Positions 42,148-52,966 of a stretch of DNA of 64,000 bases are shown here, in pieces (positions within the stretch are counted from its first letter, which is position 1; every line of letters begins with the position of its first letter). This DNA is from an uncultured Actinomycetota bacterium (GTDB lineage: Bacteria; Actinomycetota; Actinomycetes; Mycobacteriales; CADCTP01), in the NCBI GenBank assembly GCA_963714145.1, contig OY970235.1:7744407-7808406 (forward strand), read 5' to 3'. The notes under the pieces were generated by a model, which was not told where the DNA came from, did not search any database, and worked only from the letters and a program-made list of their open reading frames with translations. The position numbers and the translations under genes were made by a program.

Positions 42148-42177
42148 GCGGGGGCGGCCAGCCCCGGCCGCCCCCGC
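42148..42177. terminator. Hairpin between convergent genes
   Basis: GCGGGGGCGGCC pairs with GGCCGCCCCCGC (12-bp stem). Confidence 0.6.
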
Positions 42178-42184
42178 GCTGCCC

Positions 42185-44636
42185 TCAGATCCGCTGGATC
42201 GGGATGCAGTTGCCGGTGTGGAAACCGCCGTCGGCGTCCTTCATCAGCGCATGCTGGGCGTCCGCGATCCGGGCGCAGACCCTGGTCGCGTCCGCCCCGA
42301 TCGCCTTCTTGAAGTCGTTGCTGCTCGCCTTGCGGATGGACGGGTTCTCGTCCTCCACGTACCAGCGGCCCGGGGTGGGCGACTGGCTGCCCATCGTGCT
42401 CTCGTCCGGCAGCGTGCCGCCGCCGCCGTAGATGTGCAGGTGGAAGCCGCCGGCCGCATGCGGCGTCCCGCCGGCGAAGTTCGCCTGGTACTCGATCACG
42501 ATCTGGTTCCCGTCGAACGTGGCCTTGGTCAGGCACACCCAGCGGGTGCTGGCCTTGATCTGGTCGGTGCACTGCTCGTCGGACGGCACGGTCGGGCTCG
42601 GCCTGCTGCTGGGCGTGTTGTTGGTCCGCGCCGCGTCGGTGCTGGCCGGTTTGTTGTTCGCGGCGTTGTTCTGCCTAGGGGTGCTGCGGTCGTGCTTGGC
42701 GTACAGGATCCCCGCCACCGCCGCGATCGCCGCGGCCAGCAGGAACGCGATCACCACCGGGAGCATCCGGCGGGCCCCGCCGGCACCACCGCGCCCACCC
42801 CCGCTTCGACCGCCCGAACGCGACGATCGGGGCGGCTGGAACGTCGGCGGGCCGCCGGCCGGTACCCGGGCGAAGACCTCGGTCGCGTCCGCGGGGGCCG
42901 GCCGCGGCGACCGGGTGGCCGGGTCGAGCGGGAAGTAGTCGGCCTCCGGCCGCCGTCCGCGGTCGTCCGCCCGGCCGGGCGGTGGCAGCCGGCCCGGCGG
43001 CGTGCCGGCACCGGGCGGCCGTGCCCCACCCGGCGGCGAGCTGGCGGGCCGCGCTCCGGGTGGCTGCCCGCCGGGCTGGCGGGCTCCCGGCGGTGACATC
43101 CGGGGCCCGGGCGGCAGGCCGGAGTCGGCCCCGGTCCGGCGCCCGGAGGCGTCCAGCCGGTCGGCCGGCCCGGGTCGGCCCGATCCGGCACCCGGCCGGT
43201 CGACCGGCTCGCGCCGGTCGCCCGGGCGGTCGAGCCCGGGGCGCTCGCCCGGCCGGTTGACGCCGGGTCGGCCACCCTGGCGGTCCGGCCCGGGGCGGTC
43301 GGGGCCGGGGCGGTCGGAACCCGGGCGGTTGAGATTGGGGCGATCGAGACTGGGCCGGCCAGGGCCGGCCAGCGGGCCGACCGCCGGCACCGGGCCGGAG
43401 GCGGGCCCGACCGGAGGGAGCGGGCCGACCGCGGGGACCGGGCCGGACGGCGGGCCGGGTCGGGCCGGGCGACCGGCGGCGTCCCGGCGTCCCCGGTCGT
43501 CGAACGAGTCGCGCCGGACGGCCGGTGTCGGCCGCGACGGCGGCCCGGTCACGGCCCCGCCGGCCGCCGCCGGCGCGGCACTGGCCACGAAGGCGGCGCC
43601 GAGCGCGACCGCGTGCTTCGGGTGCGCGTCCGCCGCGACCGGCCGGCCCAGCTCGGCCGCGACCAGCTGGGACACGATCGGCATCCGGGACGAGCCGCCG
43701 ACCAGCAGCACCGTGTCCAGGTCCTCCGGCGTCACGCCGGCCGACCGGATGGCCCGCTTCAGCGCCTCGATCGAGTCGTGACAGCGCCGGGCGGACCATC
43801 GCCTCCAGCTCGGCCCGGGTCAGCCGGACCTCGGTGCTGACGTTCGGCAGCAGCACCGGGATGGTGACGTCGGTGTCGGTGGACAGCGCCTCCTTCGCCG
43901 CGGTGCACTCCTCCTTCAGCCTGGCCACCGCGGCGATCGCGGCCGGCGTCGTCCTCGTCCAGCTCGGCCAGCTTGCCGCCGAGCACCCGGGCCACGTGGT
44001 TGAAGACGGCCGCGTCGAAGTCGATCCCGCCGAGCCGCTCGATGCCTTCCGGCTGGCCGAGGATCTCGAATCCGGTCTGCGGTCTTGCGCAGTACCGCGG
44101 CGTCGAACGTGCCGCCGCCGAGGTCGTACACGGCTACCACCGAGCCGGGGTCGATCCGCTGCTGCCGCGCGTAGAAGACGGCCGCCGCCTCCGGCTCGGT
44201 GACCAGCGTGACCGGCTGCTCCAGGTCGGCGAGGCGGACCGCCTGGCGCAGCAGGTCGGTCTTGTACGGCCCCCAGTTCGCCGGGTGGCAGACGCAGATC
44301 AGCGCCGGCTCGCCACCCTCCCGGGTGGACACCTCGGTCGATCACCGAGCGGAGCAGCCGGGCCATCAGCGCCTCGGCCGAGTAGGGCACCCCGCCGAGC
44401 AGGATCGGCGTGGTGTCGCCGAGCCGGCGCTTGAACTCGCGGGCCACCCGGTCCGGCTCGGACAGTGCCCGCCGGTTCGCCGTCTCCCCGGTCAGGAACG
44501 TCTCGTCCTGGCGGAGCAGCACAACGGAGGGGATCGCGGCGGCGCGGCTGCCCAGCGCAGCGATCTCGGCCCGGCCGTCGCGCCAGACCGCGGCAGCCGT
44601 GAAGGTGGTGCCGAGATCAATGCCCAGTGCGTACAT
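42185..44636 (-). CDS. Membrane-anchored Hsp70-family protein (ATPase domain, Pro/Arg/Gly linker, TM, small extracellular Cys domain); four apparent +1 frameshifts
   Basis: MYALGIDLGTTFTAAA, TEPEAAA, VYDLGGGTFDAAVL, LGGIDFD and VLLVGGSSRMP are spread over frames joined by single extra bases near 44336, 44074, 43947 and 43781. Confidence 0.8.
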
Positions 44637-44680
44637 CGCAACCGCTCCGAATCGTTGTGGGGACCTACGAATGCTATGTG

Positions 44681-44766
44681 CGGGGACGTCCCCGGGCACC
44701 GCGCTGGCAACGGATTGGGGGATGCCCGGGGGAAGTCCCCCACGCGCGATAGGGGGGCCTTTCCTA
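44681..44766. promoter_or_regulatory. Cluster of GGGG-n-CCCC palindromes in the divergent promoter region
   Basis: CGGGGACGTCCCCG (44681-44694, perfect), GGGGGAAGTCCCCC (44728-44741) and TAGG..CCTA (44750-44766). Confidence 0.45.
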
Positions 44767-44776
44767 CAGTTGACCC

Positions 44777-45511
44777 ATGGACGAGGCCCGACCGCTGCGC
44801 GACGTATTCGCTGAGCTGGCGACCGATGAGGACGCCCGCCGGGCGCACGCGGCCGACCCGGAGGGGTTCCTGCAGGCGCACGGCCACACCGACCTGCCCG
44901 GCCAGCTGGTGAACGAGGCGATCGTGAACTACGCCGACACCGCGCCGCCGGAGGTCGCCGAGCACCTGGCGCCGTTCGTGCTGGCGCACAGCCCGATCCC
45001 GGTCGAGGACGGCATCGCCCCGGCCGACGGGCTGCACCTGCTCGCCACCGCGCCGGCCGACCCGTACCTGGACCTGCTTCCCCCGGACGACCTGGACGGC
45101 GCCCAGCTGGACAGCGGGCACTCCGGCACCGGGCAGCTGGCCGCCGACCAGCACGCCGACCACGGCCCCGACGGCAGCCACGCCGGCACCCCGGATGACC
45201 CGTTCGACCTTGACTTCGGCCACGGCGACCAGCCTGACCAGATGCACCACGGTGCGACCGGAACATCCGAAGTGGACGGTGCGCACGGGCTGGGCGGGCA
45301 ACTCGGATCGCACGTCGACGAGTCGCATGTGGACGACATGCTGTCCGGGTCCGATATCGGCACGCTGCTGCCGGCGGACGGGGCGGACGCCGACCCGGGC
45401 CACGACGCCGGACATGACCCCGGCCAGCTGCACGGGCACGACGCGCACGGCTGGCTGCCGGTCGAGCACGATCCGGCCGACCACCCGGCGGAAGACCTCA
45501 CCGACCTGTGA
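44777..45511 (+). CDS. Asp/His-rich protein with an IniB-N-like N-terminal domain
   Basis: N-terminus LRDVFAELATDEDARRAHAADPEGFLQAHGHTDL resembles the N-terminus of 49188..50294 ([33 protein letters not shown]); disordered D/H/G-rich tail. Confidence 0.65.
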   Translation: MDEARPLRDVFAELATDEDARRAHAADPEGFLQAHGHTDLPGQLVNEAIVNYADTAPPEVAEHLAPFVLAHSPIPVEDGIAPADGLHLLATAPADPYLDLLPPDDLDGAQLDSGHSGTGQLAADQHADHGPDGSHAGTPDDPFDLDFGHGDQPDQMHHGATGTSEVDGAHGLGGQLGSHVDESHVDDMLSGSDIGTLLPADGADADPGHDAGHDPGQLHGHDAHGWLPVEHDPADHPAEDLTDL

Positions 45512-45780
45512 CCCGGCCGGCGGTCGCCCGGCCGGCGGTCGCCGGTCCGCCAGTGGCAGCTCCGGCCGGCAGTTGTACGGGCGGCGGGCACTCGGGGGCC
45601 CGCCGCCCAGGCGTCCGGGAAGCCCGGCCCGCCCGGCCGGCCGGTGCGTCGGCGGCGGTCCGCATCGCGGCGGTCCGCATCGCGGCCGGGCGGGTGGTCG
45701 GCGGCCGACCTGGCCGGGTGCTGACCCGGACCCGCGGTGGCCGTGCCGGTCGGTTGGCCGGTGCCGGCTCAGCACAGCGT

Positions 45781-47269
45781 TCATCGGGCGGCGGCCAGGT
45801 CGGCGAGCATGCCCTCGCAGGAGCGGATCGCCACCCGGGCGGCGACCACCAGCTCGTGCCCGGTCATCGGGTTCTCGGCCCGGCGTTGCCAGCGCATCAG
45901 CGCCTGCGCGGCGGCCGCCCGGACCTCGGCCGGCCCGGCGTCCGGCGGCAACCGCAGCCGCAGGTGGGCCGAGTTGCCGGCACCACCGATCAGCTGCTCC
46001 AGCTCGGCGACCACCTCGGGCTTGCCGCTGACCCAGCCGGCGCGCAGCGAGGCCAGCACCCGCAGCTCGTTGAACGGGTGCGCCGAGGCGATGATCTCCT
46101 CCAGCTCGGCGATGATCGCGGCGCTGCCGGGTACCTGTTCGGACCGCACCAGGGCGTCCAGCGCGAGCAGCGCCGACCGGCTCTTCAGCACGTCCCGGCG
46201 TTCGAAGAACAGCGACTGCAGCACCTCATGCAGGTCGTTCAGCCCGCTCCGGTCGGCCAGCTCCTTGGCCAGCTCGGTCGCGGTGCCGGCCACCTCGCGG
46301 CGGATCAGGGTGGAGCCGAGCCGGACGCCGAACAGCCCGAACCGGCCCAGCAGCCCCTCCCGCTCGATCGACGTGATGCCCAGCTCCGGCATCTTCTCGA
46401 TGAACCGGTCGGCGGACAGCAGCAGTTCCTCGATCGCCTTCGGCGGGTGATCGGCGATCAGCCGCAGCTGCGCGCACCTCCGCCTCGGTCAGCGTGAGCG
46501 CGGTCTCGGCCAGCAGGCCGGCCACCGGCACCACGGTCTGTACCACCCGGCGCACCTTCGGCTCGGTGGCCAGCCGGCCGGCGATCCGGCGGGCCGAGGC
46601 CATCGAGTCCAGCCGGCCCACGCCGATCTCGTCCGCCCGGGACAGCACACCGATCGCGTTGACCGGGTTCGGCCGGGACACCTCGGTGTCGTGGAAGGCC
46701 CGCAGGAAGTCGAGGTCGTTCGCGTGCAGGTGCTTCATCAGGTAGAGCACCGCGTCGGCCGGGGTTTCCTCGTCGTCGGCGGCGAGCAGTTCCCAGGCCC
46801 GCCGGGCGGCCCGCTCGGTGAGCGAGCCGATGCCCGGGGTGTCGATCAGCGTGGCCGTGCGCAACGCGGACGACGGCCAGGTGACCAGCATTTCCTCGAT
46901 GTCGTCCGGCGCCATACCGGCCAGGTCGACCTCGATCGACTGCTCGTTCCGGGTGAACCGGGCCTGCATCGCACCGCCGTTGCGGGGCTTGAGCACCACC
47001 TGGTACGACTGGCCATTCAGGTACCAGGTGACGATCCGGGTGCACTCGCCCGCGTCCGTGGTGGCCAGCCGCTCGCCGACCAGCGCGTTCAGCAGCGTCG
47101 ACTTGCCCGACTTGACCCGGCCGGCGATCGCCACCCGCAGCGGCTCGTCCAGCCGGGCCCGCACCGAGAGCAGCCGTGCCCCGCTGCGGGTGCCCCGGTA
47201 GGTGTCGATCGCCCGGGTCAGCACCGCCCGGGTCCGGTCCAGCAGGACGCTCGCACCCGGTGCTGTCAC
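45781..47269 (-). CDS. iniC: Dynamin-like GTPase, IniC-like; one apparent +1 frameshift near 46471
   Basis: PLRVAIAGRVKSGKSTLLNAL, TDAGECT, DTPG, VLSRADEIG. Removing one base joins ORF 46226..47269 to 45781..46392 (LLGRFGLFGVR..., HPFNELR). Confidence 0.78.
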
Positions 47270-49110
47270 GGGGCGACCGCCGCGGCGCGTTCGCGCAGCA
47301 TCCGCAGCCGGGTGAGTTCGGCGTCCAGGTCCTTGAGCCGTTTCTCCCGATCGGTCTGGCTGCGCTTGGCCACGTCGTTGGCGCTCTGCAGGGCCGCGGC
47401 GTTCGACTTGTTCAGCTCGTCGGCGCGGGCGCTGTAGTGGTCGCGCAGCTGCCGCTGGATCCGGCGCAAGGTGTCCCGGGAATCCTTGCCGGTGACGAAG
47501 CTGACCTCGTCGGAATACCGGCGGATCGCGTTCTTCGCCTGGCCGCGGCGCTGCTGCACCTGCCGTTCCTTCTCGTCCTTCAGGCCCTTGCGGCCCATTA
47601 CCAGGCCGATGCCGATCCCGAGTGGACCGAGCGCGATATGCGCCATGCTGCTCAGCATGGTGAACATGATCATGCCGCTGTAGGTGCTGCGCATCGCCAG
47701 CATCGTCTGCTTGCCGACGCTCATCTTCTCCAGCTTGATGTTGTGATCCATCTGTGCCTGGGTCAGCAGCGGCGTCGGGTTGTAGACCGCGAACTGCTCC
47801 AGCACTTCGCCGGAGACCTCGCGGAAATGGTCGGCCACCTGCTCGCTCAGATCGTCCGCGCGGCGGCGCAGCAGGGTGTAGTTCGCCACCAGCTCGTACG
47901 AGGTCCGCGATTCCAGCCAGGCTTCCATCTCCGGCCAGTTGTCGGCCGGGTCGCTGTTCTCCAGCGCGTCGTCCGCCTCCTGGAGCACGTGCCGGATCCG
48001 GGCGCGCAGATCGTGGTCGATGTCGGAGGTGAGGTCGGCGACGCCGTCAGCGAGCGTCTGCATCCACTTCGCCGCCGCGCTGCGCAGCGAGTCGACCCGG
48101 GCCTTGGCCGCGGTGAGCTCGTCGATGACCCGCTTCGCCGTTTCCGGGTCGGCCAGCGCGGCCCGCTCGGCGGAGAACTGCATCTCCAGCTGCCGGCAGA
48201 CCGCCGACACCTCGCCGGCCGCCTCGCCCGCCAGCTTGGTCGCGCCGCGCCGGGTCACCTGCTCGTTGACGAACGCCACCAGGTCCGGAAAGCCGGACTC
48301 GGTGTTCAACGTCGTGTCGTTGCCACGGACCGCGCGGGACCGCAGCGCGGACGAGACCGCAAGTATCTGGACGCCGTTCTCACCGCGCAGGTGGCCCTCG
48401 TTCAGCTCGCGGATCCGCCGCCAGTACGGGTAGAAGTCGATTTTGGTCAGGACACAGAGGACAGTGCCGCACAGGTCGCGGGCCCGGCGCAGGAAGTCCA
48501 CCTCGGTCTGGGTCAGCTCCTGGGACGCGTCGGTGACGAACAGCACCGCGTCCGCGATGGAGATCGCGGCCAGGCTGGCCGCCGCGTGCGCCGAGCCGAG
48601 ACCACCGACGCCGGGGGTGTCCACGACGATCAGTCCGGAGCTGAGCATCTTGCGCGGCAGGTTGATCTCGACCCCGGCCACCAGGCTGCCCGGGCCGCCC
48701 GGACCGGGGGTCGCCGGCGTGCCGCCGGACTGCTCGACCACGTACCGGCGGATGTCGTCCACCGGGATCGGTTCGCGCCGCGGTGGTTCACCCTCGAACA
48801 GCACCGCCGCCTGCAGTTCCGGTCCATACCGGACATAGGTCGGCACCGCGGTCGCCACGTCGTCGTCCACCGGGCAGACCGTCGCGCCGAGCAGCCCGTT
48901 CACCAGTGAGCTCTTGCCCTGCTTGAACTCGCCGGCGACGACGATGTGGATGCCCGGGTTGGCCAGCGAGCGTTTGGCCGCCGATAGCCGGTCGGTCAGA
49001 TCGGTGCGTTTGTAGGCCTCGCAGGCCTTCAACCCGAGATCCACGATCGAATTCGCCGCCGCGAGCGGATCGGCCTCGACTGTGCCGGGCGTATTGGCTG
49101 GCGCCGTCAT
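47266..49110 (-). CDS. iniA: Dynamin-like GTPase, IniA-like
   Basis: VVAGEFKQGKSSLVNGL, CPVDDDVAT, VDTPGVGG, DASQELT, LTKIDFY; helical stalk with a hydrophobic membrane loop (YSGMIMFTML...IGLVMG). Confidence 0.85.
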   Translation of the reverse strand: MTAPANTPGTVEADPLAAANSIVDLGLKACEAYKRTDLTDRLSAAKRSLANPGIHIVVAGEFKQGKSSLVNGLLGATVCPVDDDVATAVPTYVRYGPELQAAVLFEGEPPRREPIPVDDIRRYVVEQSGGTPATPGPGGPGSLVAGVEINLPRKMLSSGLIVVDTPGVGGLGSAHAAASLAAISIADAVLFVTDASQELTQTEVDFLRRARDLCGTVLCVLTKIDFYPYWRRIRELNEGHLRGENGVQILAVSSALRSRAVRGNDTTLNTESGFPDLVAFVNEQVTRRGATKLAGEAAGEVSAVCRQLEMQFSAERAALADPETAKRVIDELTAAKARVDSLRSAAAKWMQTLADGVADLTSDIDHDLRARIRHVLQEADDALENSDPADNWPEMEAWLESRTSYELVANYTLLRRRADDLSEQVADHFREVSGEVLEQFAVYNPTPLLTQAQMDHNIKLEKMSVGKQTMLAMRSTYSGMIMFTMLSSMAHIALGPLGIGIGLVMGRKGLKDEKERQVQQRRGQAKNAIRRYSDEVSFVTGKDSRDTLRRIQRQLRDHYSARADELNKSNAAALQSANDVAKRSQTDREKRLKDLDAELTRLRMLRERAAAVAP

Positions 49111-49140
49111 GACCTCTCCCTATCATCCGCGCGACGTGCC

Positions 49141-49172
49141 GCAGCGGGCCCCCGGGAGTGGGAGCCCGCTGC
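49141..49172 (-). other. Intercistronic hairpin between the iniB-like and iniA-like genes
   Basis: GCAGCGGGC (49141-49149) pairs with GCCCGCTGC (49164-49172). Confidence 0.45.
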
Positions 49173-49187
49173 GGCCGGTCGGTTTGC

Positions 49188-50294
49188 TCAGCCGTGCTCG
49201 ATCGGCAGGTCGGCGCCGTGGCCCGGCTGGACGTCGGCGTGGAAGACCGGCTCCTGGTGCAGCGGCTCCGGGTGGAAGTCGTGCTGCTGGGTCTGGTCCG
49301 CGGTCGCGTCGCCGGGGCCCTGCTCGGTCTGCACGTTGGAGTGGTCGGCGTTGACCGTGTTGGTCTCGGTGGTGTCGTGGCTGTCGACGGTCGTGGTGTC
49401 GTGGCTGTCCGTGTTGTGGCTGTCGGTGAACGAGCCGCTGGTCGGGCTGTGGTCGCCGGAGGAGACGCCGGAGCCCTCGAGCGAGCTGTGCGAGACGTTG
49501 GTGGAGTTGCCGCCGGTGGCGACCGAGGAGTCGGTCAGCGTCGCGTGGCTGAGGTCGGCCACGTTGGCGCCGTCACCGAAGTTGATCGGGCCGTCGTGCG
49601 GACCGTCACCCTGCACGGCCTGGTTGTGGTCGCCGACGATCGCGTTGTCGACGACGCCGGTGTTCTGGATCCCGGTGTTCACGCCGGTGTTGACCACGCC
49701 GGTGTTCGGGCCGCCGACCTGGACCGCGCCGTCGCCGGTGTTGGCCTGGCCGAAGTTGTCGCCGTCGATGATCTGCGAGCCGGCGCCGGTGGCCTGGTTG
49801 ATATCGCCGCCGGCCGCGACCGAGTGGTCACCGGTGGCCGCCACGTTGGTGGGGTCGATGTCCACGCTGATCGAGCCGCTGACGTTGCCGTCGATGTCCA
49901 GGTTCGTGTTGGTGGACTGGTCGATGTTGGTGATCTCCTGGGTGATCGAGTGGTCGTCCTGGTAGACCACCGACACCGCGTAGTTCAGGTTCTGCATGAC
50001 CTGCTCGACCGGCGGGGCGGAGCTGTGCGCCGGCGGCGGCGGGGCGGCGTAGCCACCGGACGGGGCGCCGCTGCTGTAGCTCTGCAGCGCGGTCCGGGTG
50101 CCCTCGGGCAGGTTCATCTCGTTGCAGACGTCACCCACGATGGCGGGGACATCGGCGCCGGACAGGTCGTGGTCGCTGATCCCCTGGGCGGCCAGCGTGC
50201 CGGACGGGTCCTCCGCGTACTGCTGCGCGAGATCGTGGTCGCCGAACAGCTTCTCGACAAAGCCCTTCAGAAGCTGGGTCACGTCTTCTGCCAT
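49188..50294 (-). CDS. iniB: IniB-like low-complexity protein
   Basis: IniB-type helical N-terminus followed by G/N/D/T/S-rich short repeats ([17 protein letters not shown]; [10 protein letters not shown]); sits directly upstream of the iniA/iniC-like genes; RBS GGAGG. Confidence 0.7.
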   Translation of the reverse strand: MAEDVTQLLKGFVEKLFGDHDLAQQYAEDPSGTLAAQGISDHDLSGADVPAIVGDVCNEMNLPEGTRTALQSYSSGAPSGGYAAPPPPAHSSAPPVEQVMQNLNYAVSVVYQDDHSITQEITNIDQSTNTNLDIDGNVSGSISVDIDPTNVAATGDHSVAAGGDINQATGAGSQIIDGDNFGQANTGDGAVQVGGPNTGVVNTGVNTGIQNTGVVDNAIVGDHNQAVQGDGPHDGPINFGDGANVADLSHATLTDSSVATGGNSTNVSHSSLEGSGVSSGDHSPTSGSFTDSHNTDSHDTTTVDSHDTTETNTVNADHSNVQTEQGPGDATADQTQQHDFHPEPLHQEPVFHADVQPGHGADLPIEHG

Positions 50295-50431
50295 CGTTCT
50301 GCCTCCTGGCTCTTGCCCCTTCCTTCGTGGCGGGGCGTCTGATGCATAGATTGCTAGGGCGTCGAGCTCGGAACATCGGGGAAACCCCCCGGTCCCCAGG
50401 TGTTCGTAGGGGGACGGCTCGCCGGTTCTGG

Positions 50432-52831
50432 CTAGCCGCTGTCCAGCACCTCGTGCAGCGCCGCGACGAACTCGGCCCTGCTGGTCGCGCCCAGCTTGGT
50501 CTTGATCCGGGCGACGTGGTGCTCGACGGTCTTCGGCGAGATGTAGAGCTGCCCGCCGATGTCACGGTGCGTAGCGCCGGCCAGCACCAGCCGGGCCACC
50601 TCCACCTCCCGTTCGGACAGCCCGGCCAGCCGGGCGTCCGACCGGGGTGCCGCCGGCGCCGCCGCGGCCACGGCGGCGTCCGGATTGGACAGTTCGCGGG
50701 CGTGCTCGAGCAGCCGCCGGGCCGCGCTCGGGTCGGTGGTCCGGATGGCCGCCTGGCCGGTCAGCCGGGAGGCCTCCCAGGGCAGCTCGGCCGCGGCCAG
50801 CCGGTCGGCCGCGGCCAGCACGCCGTCCGGGTCGACCGTGCCGGCCAGGACGGCGGCCCAGTGGCTGGCCGCCGCGCACTGGGCCCGCTGCCGCTCGCCC
50901 GGCGGGCAAATGCCGGCGAGCCGCTCGGCGAGCGCTCCGGCCGCGCCGGCGTCCTCGCTGACGATCGCGACCTGCAGCCGGGCCCACCCGGTCGCCACCG
51001 TCCAGGCCGCCGGTGCGCCGAGTCGGGTGACGATGTCGTCCAGCGAGTCCAGCGCCGGGGTGATGCGCTGCTGCTGGCGCAGCCGGGCCGCGGCGACCGC
51101 CAGCTCCTCCAGCGGCTCGGTATGGAACAGGTCGATCGCCCGCCGGGCCAGCACCGGCTCGACGCTGGCCCAGCTCTCCCGGATCTTCGCGATGTCGCCG
51201 GAGCGGCGGGCCACCCCGGCCGCCACCGCCGCCCGCAGCAACTGCTCCCGCCCAGGCAGATCGCCGGTCCCGCTCAGCCGGCGGAGCTCGGCGACCGCGG
51301 TGTCGTACCGGCCGACCCGCAGCCGCACCCAGGCCAGCAGCAGCCGGTGCCGGTCGGCCGCCACCGCGCCACCGACCCGGCCGCTGATCGCCCGGCCGAG
51401 CAGGTGCTCGGCGGTGGCCGCGTCGCCGGCGGCCACGGCGATCAGCGCGCCGAGCGCGTGCGGCGTGTCCGGCAGCACCAGCTGCGGCGGGTTGCGCTCC
51501 ACCGCTTCGGCCGCCTCGATCAGCAGCGGCAATGCCGCGGCCGGGTCGCCCGCGGCCAGCGCCGCCTCGGCCAGCCGCCGCAGGCTCAGCGGCCCGGACG
51601 GCCCGGACGGCCCGGACGGCCCGGGCGGCTGGGCGGCGGTGCGGGCCTCGGCCAGGCGGCCGGTGGCGATCAGCGGCGGGACGGCGAGCAGCTGGCCGAC
51701 CGGACCGGCGGCCAGCAGCGCGTCGGCGGCCCGCCCGGCCCGGCCCTGATGTGCCGCGACCGCGCCGTCGACCAAGGCCAGCCGCAGCCGGTCCGGCTCG
51801 GCCGCCGGCTTCGGGTCGTCCAGGTCCACCGGCAGGCCGAGCAGCGCGGTGGCCTCGGCCCGGCCGGCGGCCAGCGTCGCCGGGTCGGCGCCGGCGTCCA
51901 CCGCGTCGTCATACCAGCCGACCGCGGCGGCCGGATCGGTGAACCGGAGCAGGTCGCCGGCGGCCTGGTAGGCGGCGGCCGCCTTGCCGGTCCGGGCCCG
52001 GGCAGCGCGCAGTTGGGCAGCGGTCGCGGCCGGGTCGCCGCCGGCGCCGGCCAGCGCGTCCGCCACCGCCTCGTGCACCCGGCGCAGCTCGGTCGGCGGC
52101 AGGTCGGCCAGCACCGCCACGGCCACCGCCGGGATCATCCGGTCGTCGCCGGGCACCAGCAGGCCGCCATCGCGCAGCGCGCGCAGCGCCAGGGCGAGAC
52201 CGGGCAGGTCGACCCCGGCCGCGCCGGCCAGCGCGGCGTCGGGCAGGTCGAGCCGCAGCGCCAGCACCCGGGCCAGCGCGGCGGCGGCCGGCTCCAGCAG
52301 GGCCAGCCGGCGGTGCACCCGGGCGGCGAGCGCCGGGGTCGGCCCGCCCGGTGCCGGGGCGGCGGTCAGCGCGGCGGCGCCGGTCAGCGCGGCGGCGACC
52401 GCGGCGAGGCCGGCGGACGCGGTCAGGACGGCCTGCACCGCCTCCGGGCTGGGCGCCCGGCCGGTGCCCTGGTTGATCAACACGGCTATACCGGTGGCGT
52501 CCAGCGGGCCCAACTGCTCGACCGTGCCGCCGACCGCCTCGTCCAGCGCGGCCAGCTCCGGCCGGTCGAGCGTGGGCCGGCGGCTGATCGCCAGCGAGAG
52601 GCCGTCGTGCGCGGCGGCGGCCAGCGCCCGCAGCGCGTCCGCGTCCAGCCGGTGCACGTCGTCGACCACGACCAGGCTGCCGGCCGCATGGGCGGCGGCG
52701 AGCTGTGCCGGCAGATCGGGCGGTGGGCCCGCCGCCGCGGCGATCCGGACCACTCCGGTGGACGCCTGGGCGGCTATCTCCGACAGGCGGTGGGTACGGC
52801 CCGAGCCGTCGACGCCGACGACTACGATCAC
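50432..52831 (-). CDS. Large LuxR-family regulator with an N-terminal P-loop-like region (IniR-like)
   Basis: GVDGSGRT and VVDDVHRLD at the N-terminus; C-terminal [11 protein letters not shown]...[25 protein letters not shown]; adjacent to the iniBAC-like genes. Confidence 0.82.
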   Translation of the reverse strand: MIVVVGVDGSGRTHRLSEIAAQASTGVVRIAAAAGPPPDLPAQLAAAHAAGSLVVVDDVHRLDADALRALAAAAHDGLSLAISRRPTLDRPELAALDEAVGGTVEQLGPLDATGIAVLINQGTGRAPSPEAVQAVLTASAGLAAVAAALTGAAALTAAPAPGGPTPALAARVHRRLALLEPAAAALARVLALRLDLPDAALAGAAGVDLPGLALALRALRDGGLLVPGDDRMIPAVAVAVLADLPPTELRRVHEAVADALAGAGGDPAATAAQLRAARARTGKAAAAYQAAGDLLRFTDPAAAVGWYDDAVDAGADPATLAAGRAEATALLGLPVDLDDPKPAAEPDRLRLALVDGAVAAHQGRAGRAADALLAAGPVGQLLAVPPLIATGRLAEARTAAQPPGPSGPSGPSGPLSLRRLAEAALAAGDPAAALPLLIEAAEAVERNPPQLVLPDTPHALGALIAVAAGDAATAEHLLGRAISGRVGGAVAADRHRLLLAWVRLRVGRYDTAVAELRRLSGTGDLPGREQLLRAAVAAGVARRSGDIAKIRESWASVEPVLARRAIDLFHTEPLEELAVAAARLRQQQRITPALDSLDDIVTRLGAPAAWTVATGWARLQVAIVSEDAGAAGALAERLAGICPPGERQRAQCAAASHWAAVLAGTVDPDGVLAAADRLAAAELPWEASRLTGQAAIRTTDPSAARRLLEHARELSNPDAAVAAAAPAAPRSDARLAGLSEREVEVARLVLAGATHRDIGGQLYISPKTVEHHVARIKTKLGATSRAEFVAALHEVLDSG

Positions 52832-52966
52832 TCGCAGTCACCGTGTAGTACCAGCCGCCCCGCCATGCCCTCGATTCTGGCCCGACCGGCCCCAACCTGG
52901 CGGAATTACTTCCGAACTCCCGCCCCGAGAGGCAAGCCTGTTGGCCGGCGGGGAACAGTAGGAAGC

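Noticed and set aside
42185-44636. Canonical dnaK or a programmed frameshift
   Set aside because: It has no substrate-binding domain and no grpE/dnaJ neighbours, and four unrelated +1 insertions with no slippery sites fit sequencing error better.
45508-45780. Short direct repeats (GGCGGTCCGCATCGC x2 and similar) between convergent genes
   Set aside because: Low-complexity GC duplications with no terminal inverted repeats or transposase; too weak to call an element.
50327-52966. N-terminal ~880 aa of the 1365-aa ORF 50327..54424
   Set aside because: Antisense shadow of the IniR-like gene; the real lipoprotein starts at about 52967.
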